Shown here piece by piece: positions 53,501 through 63,005 of a DNA stretch of 64,000 bases. A program made the translations under genes and the position numbers. Source of the stretch: Callorhinchus milii (taxonomy: Eukaryota); assembly GCF_018977255.1 (NCBI RefSeq), contig NW_024704742.1, forward strand, positions 43,154,001 to 43,218,000. Direction: 5' to 3'. Position 1 is the stretch's first letter; each line of letters starts with the position of its first letter. The notes beneath the pieces are model-generated. The model was not told where the DNA came from. It searched no databases and saw only the letters and a list, made by a program, of their open reading frames with translations.

Positions 53501-56500
53501 TCCTCCCGATGTGAAAAGCGCTAAATCAAATGCAAGGATTATTATTATTATTCCGGGAAAATATTATAATCCATTTAGAAGACACTCGACTGACTGGACA
53601 CCATTAATTAGTGATCCACTATCACCACCAAATCATCTCCATCATATCCTAACGAATATTCACTATATCTTTTAAACAATTCAGGATTATTGTGCCAAAG
53701 ATAGCTGCCTTCAATGAAAGTGAAGTAAACAATTTTTTTATTAAAAGTGAATGTTGGGGAGATTAAATTCAATACATTTGTTTTTGAACAGGTTTTGAAA
53801 TGCTATCGTTGTTTCATTTAAGTACTAATCCTTCTAGAATTAGTACTCCCAAAAGTTATCCTGGGGCATGTTAAGAACAATACATACAATAAAAGATGAT
53901 ATATAAAAGAAATATCCCTGTACCTTTTTTGGAAAATAAATAGTCTCTCCTTTCACTTGTTTTCAATCAGTTCACCCAGCACAGGAGTGTTCATTTAAAT
54001 TTCTGGTACTGTATTTTGAGATACACTTTGGAGGACACTGTAGAAATAGTTACACTGTATGTAGCCATAAGATTGGGCATTTTACACTTCTTATTAGACT
54101 GTAAATCTTTAATTGCTTGCAATGCATTCTATGACTTAATTTTTCTAAGGCTTTTGTTCCTGCATATTCTGCTCCCCATTGTTCTCTTGCTCCCTTATGT
54201 TTGGATTCCTCAAATATGAGAAAGGGAAAAATTTGTGATATTCCTTCAAGTAACCACACGACGTCTCCGCTCGACTGGCACCAGCCTCCTGCTCGTCCCT
54301 CACACCCTCCGCCCCACCATCGGAGGTCACACCTTCAGCCACTACACCCTGAAGCTCTGGATCACTCTCCCTCAATCCCTCCGCCTTGCTCCCTCTCTCC
54401 CCTTTTTCAAGTCCCGCCTGAAAACCTTCCTCTTCGACCGTGCTTATGGCCACTTCCCCCCCGCCCCGGCTCTGTGTCAGGTTCCGCCACTGTTAAGCGC
54501 TCTGAGACTCTACCCTGCGTGGAGGGCGCTATGTAAGTGCAAGTTGTTGTATTCTTTGTTTCAGTTAGCACAAAGTGTTAAGGAATTCCACACATTTGTT
54601 CCAAAATCTTCTTACTTACTTAAAATCTTACCTTAGCAATGATTGTGCTATTCCTGGTTTATGATCTACACAGCCGGGATTCCTCTGCCTGTGTCTACAA
54701 TCCTTATATCAAGGTAGAACTGACATTCCCACTTTATTGTAGTTTTCTGTTTCTTTTCACCCAGACTGCTGGCAGCTGATCTAGAGCAGTGGATGTGTGA
54801 GGGTACACGGCTCAGATCAGAGACAGGAGAGTCTTACTGAGCTAAGTGAGGGGAGTTTTTTCAAATCTAAGTAAGAAACACATTTTTGGATTCCTTGATG
54901 CTTTGCTGAACATGTAAATGTTATCTGCATGCAATGTTTTAAAGTTATGAGCCTCTGCTCCTATCCCATCAATTCACTGGACATCCTTTTCAATAGCCTA
55001 GCTCTAGTTTTCACTTCTCACAATTCCAAGACAAGAGGGCAATGGTGACATAGATTCTGTGGAACTTTTGTAACTAGAGAGTCCTGCAGGTCAGAGGTTG
55101 ACCTGCTGGAAATACTGTTGGACGCTGTAATTTGTCTTCAGTGAAGCTGTATTACACATGGCTCCTGACACATGGTAGGACATTGGGTCAATCTGTGTCC
55201 AAGCAGAGTTCCATTAGGATAATCTCAAATACATCCTGATATCTATAGGATTAATTAGTTACAAATTTCTTTGTCCTTATCACATGTTAAACTCCAAGAC
55301 TGCTACTATGTTACACCAAACTGCTTACTGGATTATTTCTTTGAAACACTGAAAGTTGTTAAAGATGATTGGCACTCACAGGTTAAGGTGCTCTGTATCG
55401 TATGAATATTAACATTAGGGGCTGTACGTCTTTGATGTACACTCCTACTTTTAGATAATATTTAGAGATCTGGTAATTTCTAGGATTTAAAACACATGTT
55501 CTATCTACATTAATATTTGCAATTCATACTGACAGAAAGCAGACTGCAGTAACACTGTACTGTCATTGCTGTAATAGTCACTGCAGTAATATTGAGATTT
55601 TTTTCCACAGTATCTAGCCATAAAGTAGTAGCACATCTGTATACATCATAGAGCTACTTCTGACTAAGATAATAATCCTGTTGATTTATCTCAAAGTATT
55701 AAACATCTCAAAGGCTCCATGCCAATCCACGAGTGATTTGGAGCATTAACCTTGCTATTTGAACAATCAATTCCAGTTTGCTTTGAGTTTAACATTTTGC
55801 ACATCTTATACATATTGCAGATCCTCTGCATTGTAAGTTCACTGCTGAAGAACAGGGTGGGAAGCACTCCCAAGCTTTGCCATCTCACTCTGCATCCATC
55901 CCATAGTACGTGACTGATCTCAAGTGGCACTTCAGAAGTCCCTTGCCTCCTTTTAGTTCTTTGATTGATAACTTACCATATATGGCATCTCAGATGCAAT
56001 TCCTTCCATTTTTATGACACAGTATGTTAGCAGGTCACTGTGCCACTAGGGCACTCAGTCCAGGTTAGTTTTCACCTTATCAAACTAGCGTTTCAATAGC
56101 TTACACTATTGAATGCTCCTAGGCAATGCATGATCAATTCAAACATTTAGATTAATGATTTTTTTTTTAAAAAAGTACACATTTCTATTAATCATGTGAT
56201 GCCTTGTTTCATTCCTAATGCAACAAATGTTTGCAGTATGTATTCATATCAGTGAGGCAGCTCCAAAACTGGCAAGACATCACGGGTGAGAAATTCCTCC
56301 TGCCAATGGCTGATTGCCCATGTCAGTGCACATTGTCAAAGTTTCTTGCTACACTTAGTGACATTAAAAATTTCTCAACCCATGAATTGAAAACGTACGC
56401 CATTAAAGTTTGAATTTATATACGTGATTTATTCAAATAAATTCTAAAGGATTTTTGGGAGGATATTGAAGGCACCAATCCTTTTCTTATTCAAACAAAC

Positions 56501-59500
56501 TACTCCAGCTTCCCTCTTGCACTTTATCCAACTAACCTCCTGCCCTTGACTGTATTAATACCTTTTAACTCCCTGCTCGCTATTTACAATATATTAATTT
56601 TAGAACATCTTTGGGTAATGTGTGTGCATTAAGAAAATGCAATGAAGTGGTGGGGGGGGATTTTATATTTAGATGATACATGATAATGTCATCGCCAGCA
56701 ATTTTTTAAAATCTATTTCACAGAGTTGATGTTACGATTGAGAGAAGATAATATTGGGAAGAAAAAGTTTCAAGATGAACCTCAGTTTCCCATTTTAATT
56801 TGATTTACTTACCTTATGTTCAGTACAAAGATAGCATACAGTGAGAATCTATTGGAGTTGGTGGAGCTACCTATTGTGGCAATGACCGTAACTTGCTTAA
56901 CTCTGGTCTTCATCACTCCTGGGTTATCGGATCAGCCACTTGTGGAATATAAATTATAACATTACGTAAACTCGGTAGGCACACACCAGTTCAAATTCCA
57001 TGAGACCTTGCTCTGTAGCTCATGCCAATTTAATGAAATTGATCACTTATTCTTGATTTACCTTTTTGACTGTGCCTATGGTCACCTCAACCCTTGCTTG
57101 ACCTCTGTCTGCACCACTGTGAAGTGCTCTAAACGCCTTACAAGAAAGGTGCTACATAAAGCCAAATTATTGCTGATTTTGTGGAAATTACTTTAAGAAC
57201 ATTGTGCAGATTTTTTTTCTAATTACAAACAGCCGTTTTTCCAAGCATGTACCTTTTGAACAATAGCTTTGGATGAAGACTACTATGAACTGGGCAAACT
57301 GCCAATGCTTCCTAAACAGCAGAAGTGGCGATTCTTCCTGCTGTTGTGCTAGCTTACCTCAAAGAGAGCAGCAGCTGACTCATTGCCGTACTGGTTGGAA
57401 ATTATTTCGGATTGGTCGCTGTACCACTTGAGTCCACCCAGAAAGTTTTCTGTGTCCAAGTCATTTACATCGAGCTCAGAAAGGTCAAGTTCTGGGAGAT
57501 CTGAACACAGGGGCTGGTCTTCACCAACTAAAGCAGCACACTAATGGAGAAAAATACAAAAAGGACACCGTGACTTTACGATAGTTGACTTCACTAACTT
57601 AGCGCAGATGGTTTGTAATTTTATTCTGAATTATAACCATTTCCAGAATTTAGTTCACTATTTCATGAAAAGGAAGGCACAATCTATTCCCAGCCTTTTG
57701 TCAATGGAGCTGTTGATGAGATAAGCAAAAGTTAGGAAACTTCAAATTTTCCTCTTCCAATCTCCACCCCAATTTATTCTCTGAGTTAGAACTAGTGGCC
57801 TGAATCGCTCATTTTTTTAGGCTTAAGTGTCAATGTCTTAATATGTAATATCATGCAAAATTGTGGGAAGCAATCTTAAATTCAGTCTTAAATTTAATCT
57901 TAATATGTAAGACAATTTTCCACAGTTCTTAAGATACTACAAAAAATTGGCTCTCCAAATTAAGACTAAATTTAAGACTGCGTTCCAAAATTTCACATGA
58001 TCTTAAATTTTCACAACATGTCTCCAGCCTAAGAACATGAGAATCTGCAGTGCTTAGATATCCACTCTGCAGCTTCCTCTTGGAGCTTTTACAGTATAGA
58101 ACCCTTTCAATAAGTGGTTCTGTACATTTAGATATTTCTGCCTTCGGTTAATTAAAACAGCCTTGTATCAAAGGGCAACACAAAATCATGATGGTTTCCA
58201 TTAGTTTGAACCTTCTGTTTTGTTCCTTTCATAGCCGTATCTCCCCCACTTTCAACAGTGCTGCTACTTACAGCATACAGATACTGAAGGCAGGGTCTGG
58301 ATTTGACAAAGGGAAACCCAGCCCTCAGACACTCTCAGCCCTTTATTCAAAGTACCAATCTGCTGCTAGTTTGAGTAGCTGAATCGTTTCTTTTATTTGG
58401 CATAATAAACAAATGCTATTGCTTTCAAATATAAAAGTACAATTTTACTTAACATCCAGCACTAGGGCTTAAGGTGGCCCTGCAGTTCACTAAAAATGTG
58501 CCACATAAACCCAATGGTTGCAAAGGTTGGGTGTCTTTATACTTACCTTTATACTTGCTCTCAGTCATCGTTTGTTAATGCAACAATTATATATAAGCAA
58601 ATATTTCAGCAATTCCCCAGTACAACTCTGGGGCCCTTCAGTCTTGACTCATGTGAAACTGCACCAAAATTCTCCAGGATTAGGTAAGTATGTATGGTGC
58701 ATCCCTATGGAGACAGAGTGCACACTCTATGCCAGACAAATGAAAATTACACATATATGGAAATCTCGACAGTTTGGTTTGGATGCTTTTAAGCTTGTGA
58801 TAGATTCCCTGTGTTTCAGACACCCGCTGACCAAAACAAAAAACCCAATCATAAATGTTGTACAACATCATAGCTGTACATTAATAGGTGCTGCTTTGCT
58901 TTCTGGTTTGAAAGCACTGGGTCAGCATTTTGTGCAGAGCTTCCCGTAATGTGACATAATGAATGAAGAGGGCGGCCCATAATCCATCGTCCCCATTCAT
59001 AAAAATGTCAATGCAACACAAGTTTGTGATGTCACATTAAGGGGCCTTCACGCATATCGCTGATCTCTTCCTTCCCCCCCACCTCGCCTCTTCCATTCTG
59101 CATTTTGCAAGCTAAAACAAGGGACAATTGAGAACATTGGTAAGATAGCATACATTTCCAGTTAGAACACTTACAATTTGAGGATAATTCAAGTGACTTT
59201 ATCTGAACTCCTTTCCCTCAGTTGAATACAATAAGAGTAGTCTATAACCTCAACCAAAAACACTAAACATAATGTTCTGTTACAAAATAGTTTTCACCGT
59301 TGCCCTTTAATTGATGTCACTGGGCAACTCAGCAAAGATTATTTCCCAACTGATATTGCAATCCACATTGTACAACCGGTTTCAGCACCAGCTAAAATGG
59401 GTGATTTCATCACTTACTACCAGCAAGTTTTAGCTACCATTGCTAAACTACAATAATGCCCATCGGATTGTACAAGTGATTTTAAGTGCTTACCAGTCAC

Positions 59501-61043
59501 TTTCATACACTCAGGGCAACAGCTTTCTACAATACGTTTTATTGTTAGACAATGATCTATTTCTATAATGTAATATGAATAAATACTCAAAATATACCAA
59601 CTACACAGCAATAGACCTCAACACTTACTAGATTTTTTCCCCATTATTTGCTCTCTCTAAACCAACAGTCACCATAACAATATCTCAACGTATTGCTGGC
59701 AAAAATGCAGATAATATCATAACCTGTTGTGGTGATTCAATTTAGCTTAATTCCTTATGCCTCTCCGGGTAACTCAGAATCGAATGAAAATGAGAGCTTG
59801 CAAATCCTAAACTTATGTGACTCAGGGAACCTCGGAGACTGCAAGGAGTCTGTTAAAATCTCAGCACTTATGAATTGGGAAGCAAGATTTCTGTGTTGCA
59901 TGTGGATGGTGAGAAAAACTACTCAAACAGTGTGAAAAAAATACAGTTTGTGCCAAAGGATCCTACTTCTGCATTATGACAATTACTTTGAAAGAAAACC
60001 AAGGCAAGAATTAGCTCTGCTGCAGGAAAGCTTATATTCAGTGTTTAGTTAAAGGTGTCTCAAGATTATCACAAGGTTAGCTGCAACCTTCTTGCCAATA
60101 CAAGTATTTCAGGATCTCAACATGAACATATAAAACCCCTTATAGAGCCATAAACTCACTACCAGCATACCCTAGAGAGCAACTGCGAACCTGTCTGCTT
60201 TTTCTTCATGAATTGTTCCCATGCAGGTGATACTGACTTGATATATTGGCATCTATTTTTATATTAGCAGCAGCAGTCTTTCCATATAGACCTTCTGTAG
60301 CTGCTGCACTCCCCACTGTGGATGCTCCAGATCTAACATTTTCTTTTTCTATATAAAACAATCCTGCAGATGCACCAGCAAATCTATTGCGTAAACACGG
60401 GTCCAAGCTTTGGGAAATGATCAGAATCTAAAGTGCATGGAAAACTAAACCAAACCCCTTGGTATATTCTCACTGTGCTAAACTACGTTCATTTGCTCCA
60501 GCATTCTGACGGCTGGTGGCACTGTGCCAGACACATTACCAAATGACTGAGATTTCAGGTTGCATCTGAACCTCGTGACACAAGTTGTTTCAGAACTGAG
60601 CATTACAATAAAAGCCCGTGTCACCTATCACAGCTACGAGAAACCACAACATATGTCATTGCATTTCAAACTAAGGAGATACTAATAAAACACCCAGCAT
60701 AAAATCCACGCACTGCATAAAGTAGTGTAAGATTTACACCACACTGGAAGTCCTAACGTGCTGTTTTGAGAGCTTTAGTGAAGCTGGTTCTCTTGGATGA
60801 AAATGAAAGCAGAATTCCCTTGCACATGCACACTTTTTCCACTGATTCCAAGCATAACAAGTACGAGACACTAAGTTGAAGGGTAGGCAAGTACAGTCTT
60901 AAGTAGCATTCTCTCTCTCTCTCTCTCCCCCCATTTAGAGAGGAGATTCATTTCTTCTTGCTGCAAATATCACTCACAGTGTTCCAGAAGCTCACCTCTG
61001 ATTCACTCCACTCAAAGCCTTGGTTGCACCTGTCCCACGCCAT
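8434..61043 (-). CDS. PPARGC1A: PPAR-gamma coactivator 1-alpha, full gene span: join of 13 exons, 2448 nt, 815 aa + stop
   Basis: Exons spliced by hand at GT-AG sites give one open frame. It contains the acidic activation domain, LKKLL and LLKYL motifs, TPPTTPP, DHDYCQ, the RS domain, the RRM and the C-terminal LLKEAQRSLRR*. Exon sizes and phases match the vertebrate PPARGC1A structure. Confidence 0.98.
8604..8830 (-). mobile_element. L2 3' end with (TTG)n tail and internal ~42-bp tandem duplication
   Basis: (ACA)n, GCGCCTTTCACGTCAGGAGGACGTCCCAAGGCGC; GGGGGAAATGGTCAGGGTGAGGG occurs twice. Lies 66 bp from the exon 13 acceptor. Confidence 0.8.
9110..9430 (-). mobile_element. Decayed DeuSINE
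   Basis: Minus strand GGTGGACATTAAAGATTCCATGGCAC..AAGAGAAGGGA core and CCTCTGAGTCA head. Confidence 0.65.
9991..10300 (+). mobile_element. Young tRNA(Ala)-derived SINE with partial Deu core and L2-type tail
   Basis: A box TAGCTCAATGG, B box GAGTTCAATTCC, core GCTGTGCGCAATTGGCTGCCGCGTT, tail GGGACGTCCTCCCGACGTGAAAAGCGCTATATCAAATGCAAGG; near-identical to three other copies. Confidence 0.92.
10380..10515 (+). mobile_element. DeuSINE core fragment
   Basis: ATCTGCCTGTTCAGGTGGATGTTAAAGATCCCATGGCACTATTC..AGGGAGTTTCTCC. Confidence 0.7.
10546..10706 (-). ncRNA. Duplicated intronic element copy 1, candidate sno/scaRNA-like structured RNA
   Basis: Aligns end to end with 11576-11734. Similarity starts at TGATGA and ends ACCAGACAGGTCTAA.TGAAC on the gene strand. 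The duplication is certain; the ncRNA call is not. Confidence 0.35.
11576..11734 (-). ncRNA. Duplicated intronic element copy 2, candidate sno/scaRNA-like structured RNA
   Basis: See copy 1. Confidence 0.35.
13921..14105 (-). mobile_element. SINE 3' half (Deu core + tail)
   Basis: AATCCTTGCATTTGATATAG..GGCAGTGTCCC..TGACCAATTTATT on plus. Confidence 0.8.
14603..14754 (-). CDS. PPARGC1A: PPARGC1A exon 12 (DNYGFITYRYTCDAFAALENG...KSNYADL), RRM
   Basis: Within ORF 14574..14810; CAG acceptor, GTATG donor; 152 nt; RNP1 YGFITY. Confidence 0.97.
14997..15118 (-). CDS. PPARGC1A: PPARGC1A exon 11 (EERRVIYVGKIRGDITRTELKRRFEVFGEIEECTVHLRED), RRM
   Basis: CAG acceptor, GTAAG donor; 122 nt; RNP2 IYVGKI. 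Confidence 0.97.
15222..15342 (-). CDS. PPARGC1A: PPARGC1A exon 10 (YDSYEEYENERLKREEYRRDYEKREFERAKQRERQRQKAI)
   Basis: Within ORF 15090..15356; CAG acceptor, GTGAG donor; 121 nt. Confidence 0.97.
16480..16970 (-). pseudogene. Fossil pogo/Tigger DDE transposase fragment
   Basis: Minus-strand pieces YKVNETG, RLTV..CCNADGSDKTKAFVIG, PVDNV and LPQNTTVPMQPIDAGIIKSFKCFY, in the order expected for the pogo DDE domain. Confidence 0.85.
16971..17200. mobile_element. Second copy of the foldback MITE-like family
   Basis: Shares TCTTAAATTCAG, TTAAGATTG..TTCCAAAATT and AATCTTACAT with 57797-58053. Confidence 0.6.
20136..20252 (-). CDS. PPARGC1A: PPARGC1A exon 9 (SHQCYDSGRNRVQHRSRGSPCSYSRSCSRSPCARYSRP)
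   Basis: TAG acceptor, CAG|GTGAG donor, 117 nt, phase 2-2; second RS segment. Confidence 0.92.
21815..22136 (+). mobile_element. Young tRNA(Ala)-derived SINE, full length, (TTA)n tail
   Basis: Same head, core and tail as 9991-10300. Confidence 0.92.
23642..24590 (-). CDS. PPARGC1A: PPARGC1A exon 8 (GLTPPTTPPHKANQDNPF...DHDYCQ...RSRSRSPYCRSSS)
   Basis: Lies within ORF 23638..24663; CAG acceptor, GTAAG donor, 949 nt. Confidence 0.98.
27085..27310 (+). mobile_element. L2 3' end
   Basis: CTTCAAGACCCATCTCAAGACCCTCCTCTTCGAC (FKTHLKTLLFD) and tail GGGACATCCTCCCGACGTGAAAGGCGCTAT. Confidence 0.85.
29490..29715 (+). mobile_element. Decayed DeuSINE
   Basis: TCTAAGCTGACACTCTAATGCAGT..CTGCATTGTC..GATGAGATACTAAAACAAGG..AAGATCCCAT. 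Confidence 0.7.
30032..30050 (+). promoter_or_regulatory. Candidate CTCF site in intron 7
   Basis: TGTCCACAAGAGGGCAACC fits the core CCACNAGRGGGCR. Confidence 0.4.
32229..32302 (-). CDS. PPARGC1A: PPARGC1A exon 7 (DPKGSPFENKTIERTLSVQLSGTP)
   Basis: CAG acceptor, GTAAG donor, 74 nt. Confidence 0.97.
32425..32470 (-). CDS. PPARGC1A: PPARGC1A exon 6 (ARPTTLSLPLTPEST)
   Basis: CAG acceptor, GTAAG donor, 46 nt. Confidence 0.96.
33922..34195. repeat. Three diverged tandem units of about 85-100 bp
   Basis: Repeated TGAYGGRYCAAGAYTT..TTGTTYCAA..CAYTGT..TAYTTCAA..GTAAGT. Confidence 0.85.
34222..34825 (-). mobile_element. L2 3' fragment nested in a Tigger-type MITE
   Basis: LDCANALLVGLPS, APTLWNSIP and FKAHFKALLFDRAF across frames; L2 tail. 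Confidence 0.88.
37202..37415 (-). CDS. PPARGC1A: PPARGC1A exon 5 (TEATSSNKPRNICQQ...RRPCTELLKYLT...HPLQ)
   Basis: AAG acceptor, GTAAG donor, 214 nt; L3 motif LLKYL. Confidence 0.95.
38686..38808 (-). CDS. PPARGC1A: PPARGC1A exon 4 (LKKLLLAPANSQL...KIRPNTAVVK)
   Basis: TAG acceptor, GTACA donor, 123 nt; LXXLL (L2) motif. Confidence 0.96.
39267..39461 (-). CDS. PPARGC1A: PPARGC1A exon 3 (KIDEENEANLLAALTETLDSIPVDEDGLPSFDAL...EAEEPSL)
   Basis: CAG acceptor, GTAAG donor, 195 nt; overlaps ORF 39171..39434. Confidence 0.97.
40900..41172 (-). mobile_element. Old SINE-like family (UCON3-like, tentative)
   Basis: GGCCATTCTTCAAGTGTGAG..AGCCTGATCCTGTCCTC..TTTCCAGCAGG..CAATCAGGAATAGG on plus. Confidence 0.5.
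41910..44103 (+). mobile_element. 5'-truncated CR1 LINE, disrupted ORF2 (reverse transcriptase) + 3' UTR
   Basis: KSPGPDG, WRVANVTPLYKK, VPQGSVLGPLLFLIYINDL, KFADKTK, LERVQRRFTRM, FFTHRVVRMWNALP; stops and frameshifts; CR1 tail GATGGGCCGAACGGCCTC..ATTCTATGA. Confidence 0.95.
46463..46722 (+). mobile_element. DeuSINE 3' two-thirds
   Basis: CTGCCTGTTCAGGTGGACATTAAA..TGGCTGCC..CTATATCAAATGCAAGGATT. Confidence 0.75.
46752..47182 (-). mobile_element. L2 3' fragment
   Basis: KIEFKILILPFKTLHGFAP..ASTLWNCVP; FKARLKTVLFNRAF; tail. Confidence 0.85.
47553..47698 (+). mobile_element. L2 3' end
   Basis: Closely matches 27170-27310. Confidence 0.8.
47771..48085 (-). mobile_element. Young tRNA(Ala)-derived SINE, full length
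   Basis: Reverse complement of the same family; (TAA)n at the left end. Confidence 0.92.
48960..49225 (+). mobile_element. Old SINE-like family (UCON3-like, tentative)
   Basis: CTGGAAAGTGCACATG..AGGATCGGG..TGATGCCC..GCTCACATATGAAGAATG; related copies on the opposite strand at 40900-41172 and 62700-63000. Confidence 0.5.
53235..53552 (+). mobile_element. Young tRNA(Ala)-derived SINE, full length
   Basis: Same family, (TTA)n tail. Confidence 0.92.
54255..54552 (+). mobile_element. L2 3' end (different subfamily tail)
   Basis: RRLRS..GGHTFSHYTLKLWITLPQSLR..FKSRLKTFLFDRAY; AAGCGCTCTGAGAC..GGCGCTATGTAAGTGCAAG. Confidence 0.85.
57358..57540 (-). CDS. PPARGC1A: PPARGC1A exon 2 (CAALVGEDQPLCSDLPELDLSELDVNDLD...AAALFE)
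   Basis: TAG acceptor, GTAAG donor, 183 nt; acidic activation domain. Confidence 0.97.
57797..58053. mobile_element. Foldback (palindromic) MITE-like element
   Basis: CTCATTTTTTTAGGCT ... AGCCTAAGAACATGAG ends; internal GCAATCTTAAATTCAGTCTTAA versus TTAAGACTAAATTTAAGACTGC. Confidence 0.7.
60996..61043 (-). CDS. PPARGC1A: PPARGC1A exon 1 coding part (MAWDRCNQGFEWSESE)
   Basis: ATG GCG TGG GAC start; donor GAG|GTGAG; 48 nt, phase 0. Confidence 0.95.
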
Positions 61044-61240
61044 TCAGCTTCTGACTTAAAGGCAAAAAAGCCGCAATAAATCCACGCTCACGCACAGCAG
61101 CCACACGTGTGGAGGAGTAGGGGTGGGTGTGTGTGTGTGTGCTCGCCCCTTGCAGAGACTGAGCTGAAGGCACCTGTCTTACTACTACACTATTGCCACT
61201 GTTCAGCATCACATGACGAGGTTATTAAAAGTAGGCAGTG
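61044..61240 (-). promoter_or_regulatory. PPARGC1A: 5' UTR and proximal core promoter of PPARGC1A
   Basis: Minus strand reads CCTACTTTTAATAAC..GTCATGTGA..TAGTAAGACAGGTGCCTTCAG, matching my recollection of the mammalian TATA-like element and TSS region; likely TSS near 61184. Confidence 0.75.
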
Positions 61241-61386
61241 TTGTCAATCAGAGGCAAGTGTTTCCATGATCAAACCAATGATGTATCAGGGAAGGTGGAG
61301 CCAGAGCTGAGTACAGTAAATCTTTAAACTACTCAACCTTTGAGTCTTCAGTCCCGTGCTGTGATTTAAACCCTGCTTTTTTTTTT

Positions 61387-61998
61387 GTTGTGTGTGTGTG
61401 TGTGTGTGTGTCTGAGTGTGTGTGTCTGTGTGCCACACCTTTACGAGAATCCCTCCAGATGAAAGCACATCCCACAGAGCCTGGTGGCTTCTTTTATTTC
61501 TTCTTTCTTTTCTTTTCTTTTCTTTTCTTTTTTTTAAAAAAAAACACCTTGAAACGAAAAAAGATAATATCTGGACGGGACAGTGGTATAAGGTCTGGTT
61601 CTTCTACCAGCCCTCGGTTGTTGGGTTTTTTTTTTGGATTGTTTTCGTAGAAGAGCTACAGCTTTATAATATTTGCAAAGATTAAAGGTATTTTCCCACC
61701 ACCACCACCTCCCACCTCTCATCATCTGTCTTCATTTGTGTCTCGCATTTATAAGTGGCATTTGTTGTGCTGAACTTGTGCAGGTTACTTAACCAAGTGC
61801 AAACATTCATCAAACTGAATAAACACAAATCGTTTTGAATCTATCTTTCTTTCTGTCTTGTCTGTCTTGTCTGTCTGTCTGTCTGTCTGGACGAGGAGAC
61901 CAAACACCAACTCTTGACAAACGAGAGGTTTTTTGTTTGCATATATATAAATATATATATATATATACACATAGTCACTTTGAAATCTGGATCCAGCC

Positions 61999-62030
<32 letters not shown>

Positions 62031-62570
62031 CAGCAACAACACACAGTGTGTTGACAGTAACAACGACATAAGGTGGAGAACTATGCTGTGGCTCTGTCAA
62101 GAAAAAAAAATTTGCTGTGAAATTCAAATACGCACACGAACCCTCCCTGATAGTGATCAGTGTGTGGAAGCAGTCAGTGAGTGATCTGTGCTGTGCTGTG
62201 CAGCCCTGTGCCTGTGCTGTGCTGTGCCAGCAGTGCAGCTGACTGCCCTGCGTCACACCGCACCCGTGCTCACCAGCCCCCACTCTCAGCTGTGTCGTCA
62301 ATGGTGAGAGCAAGAGAGCAAAGCAGCCCCTGGCCAGGCTCCTCTCCTCCTCTCCTCTCCTCTCCTCTCCAGAGGGACAGGCCGGGGAGGCTGCTCACAC
62401 CTGCTGGTGCCTGTGCTGAGCCACATCACTGGAGGCCTGGGGCAAGTTGCAACGTCCTGGGACATGGAGCGTTGTGGTATAAGGAGATCCACAAGAGAGG
62501 TTTAAATAAGATATATACACACACACAGTATGTAATAAAGTCATCTCTCTCTCTCTATATATATATATAT
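61387..62570. repeat. Microsatellite cluster upstream of the promoter: (TG)n, (CTTTT)n, (TCTG)n, (TA)n, (AG)n, (CTGTG)n, (CTCTC)n
   Basis: Visible at about 61389, 61505, 61852, 61941, 61999, 62186, 62340 and 62545. Confidence 0.95.
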
Positions 62571-62699
62571 TGAACTGCTGATCAGTGTTTTACGGATTGC
62601 ATTGCACTGTTAACAATATAGTTTTCTTTTACTCCCCTCCACCTTTCTCCTCTGTAGTTTGTCATTGCTGATTGGTGCATTGGGGGCATCAATCTAACA

Positions 62700-63005
62700 G
62701 GATGTTCCACAAGTGGTCATTTTTCATAGCTGAGCCTGAACAGTGAACATCTGACTATCTGGACATCATACCGAGCCTGATCCTGTCGCCAGCCCCCAAC
62801 TATGGTATTTCCAGTTAGGAAGATGGCTCAATGGATCAATCAGCAATGGGAATTTTCTCCTCCCTCGCCCTGGGGATACCAAGGTCAATTTTGTTTCTCG
62901 CTCCCAGGTCATCTAACTAAGCACAGAACATGGATCCAGGACTTTCCTTCTTTATATGGTTCAGTAACAAATTAAAGCTCTGCATTTTATCCAGAGCAGT
63001 GGGTG
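62700..63005 (-). mobile_element. Old SINE-like family (UCON3-like, tentative)
   Basis: CAAGTGGTCATT..GAGCCTGATCCTGTC..CAATCAGCAATGGG..CTAACTAAGCACAGA. A head fragment of the same family lies at about 32800-32990. Confidence 0.5.

Noticed and set aside
62499..62512. MEF2 site upstream of the promoter (TTTAAATAAG)
   Set aside because: It does not fit YTA(A/T)4TAR.
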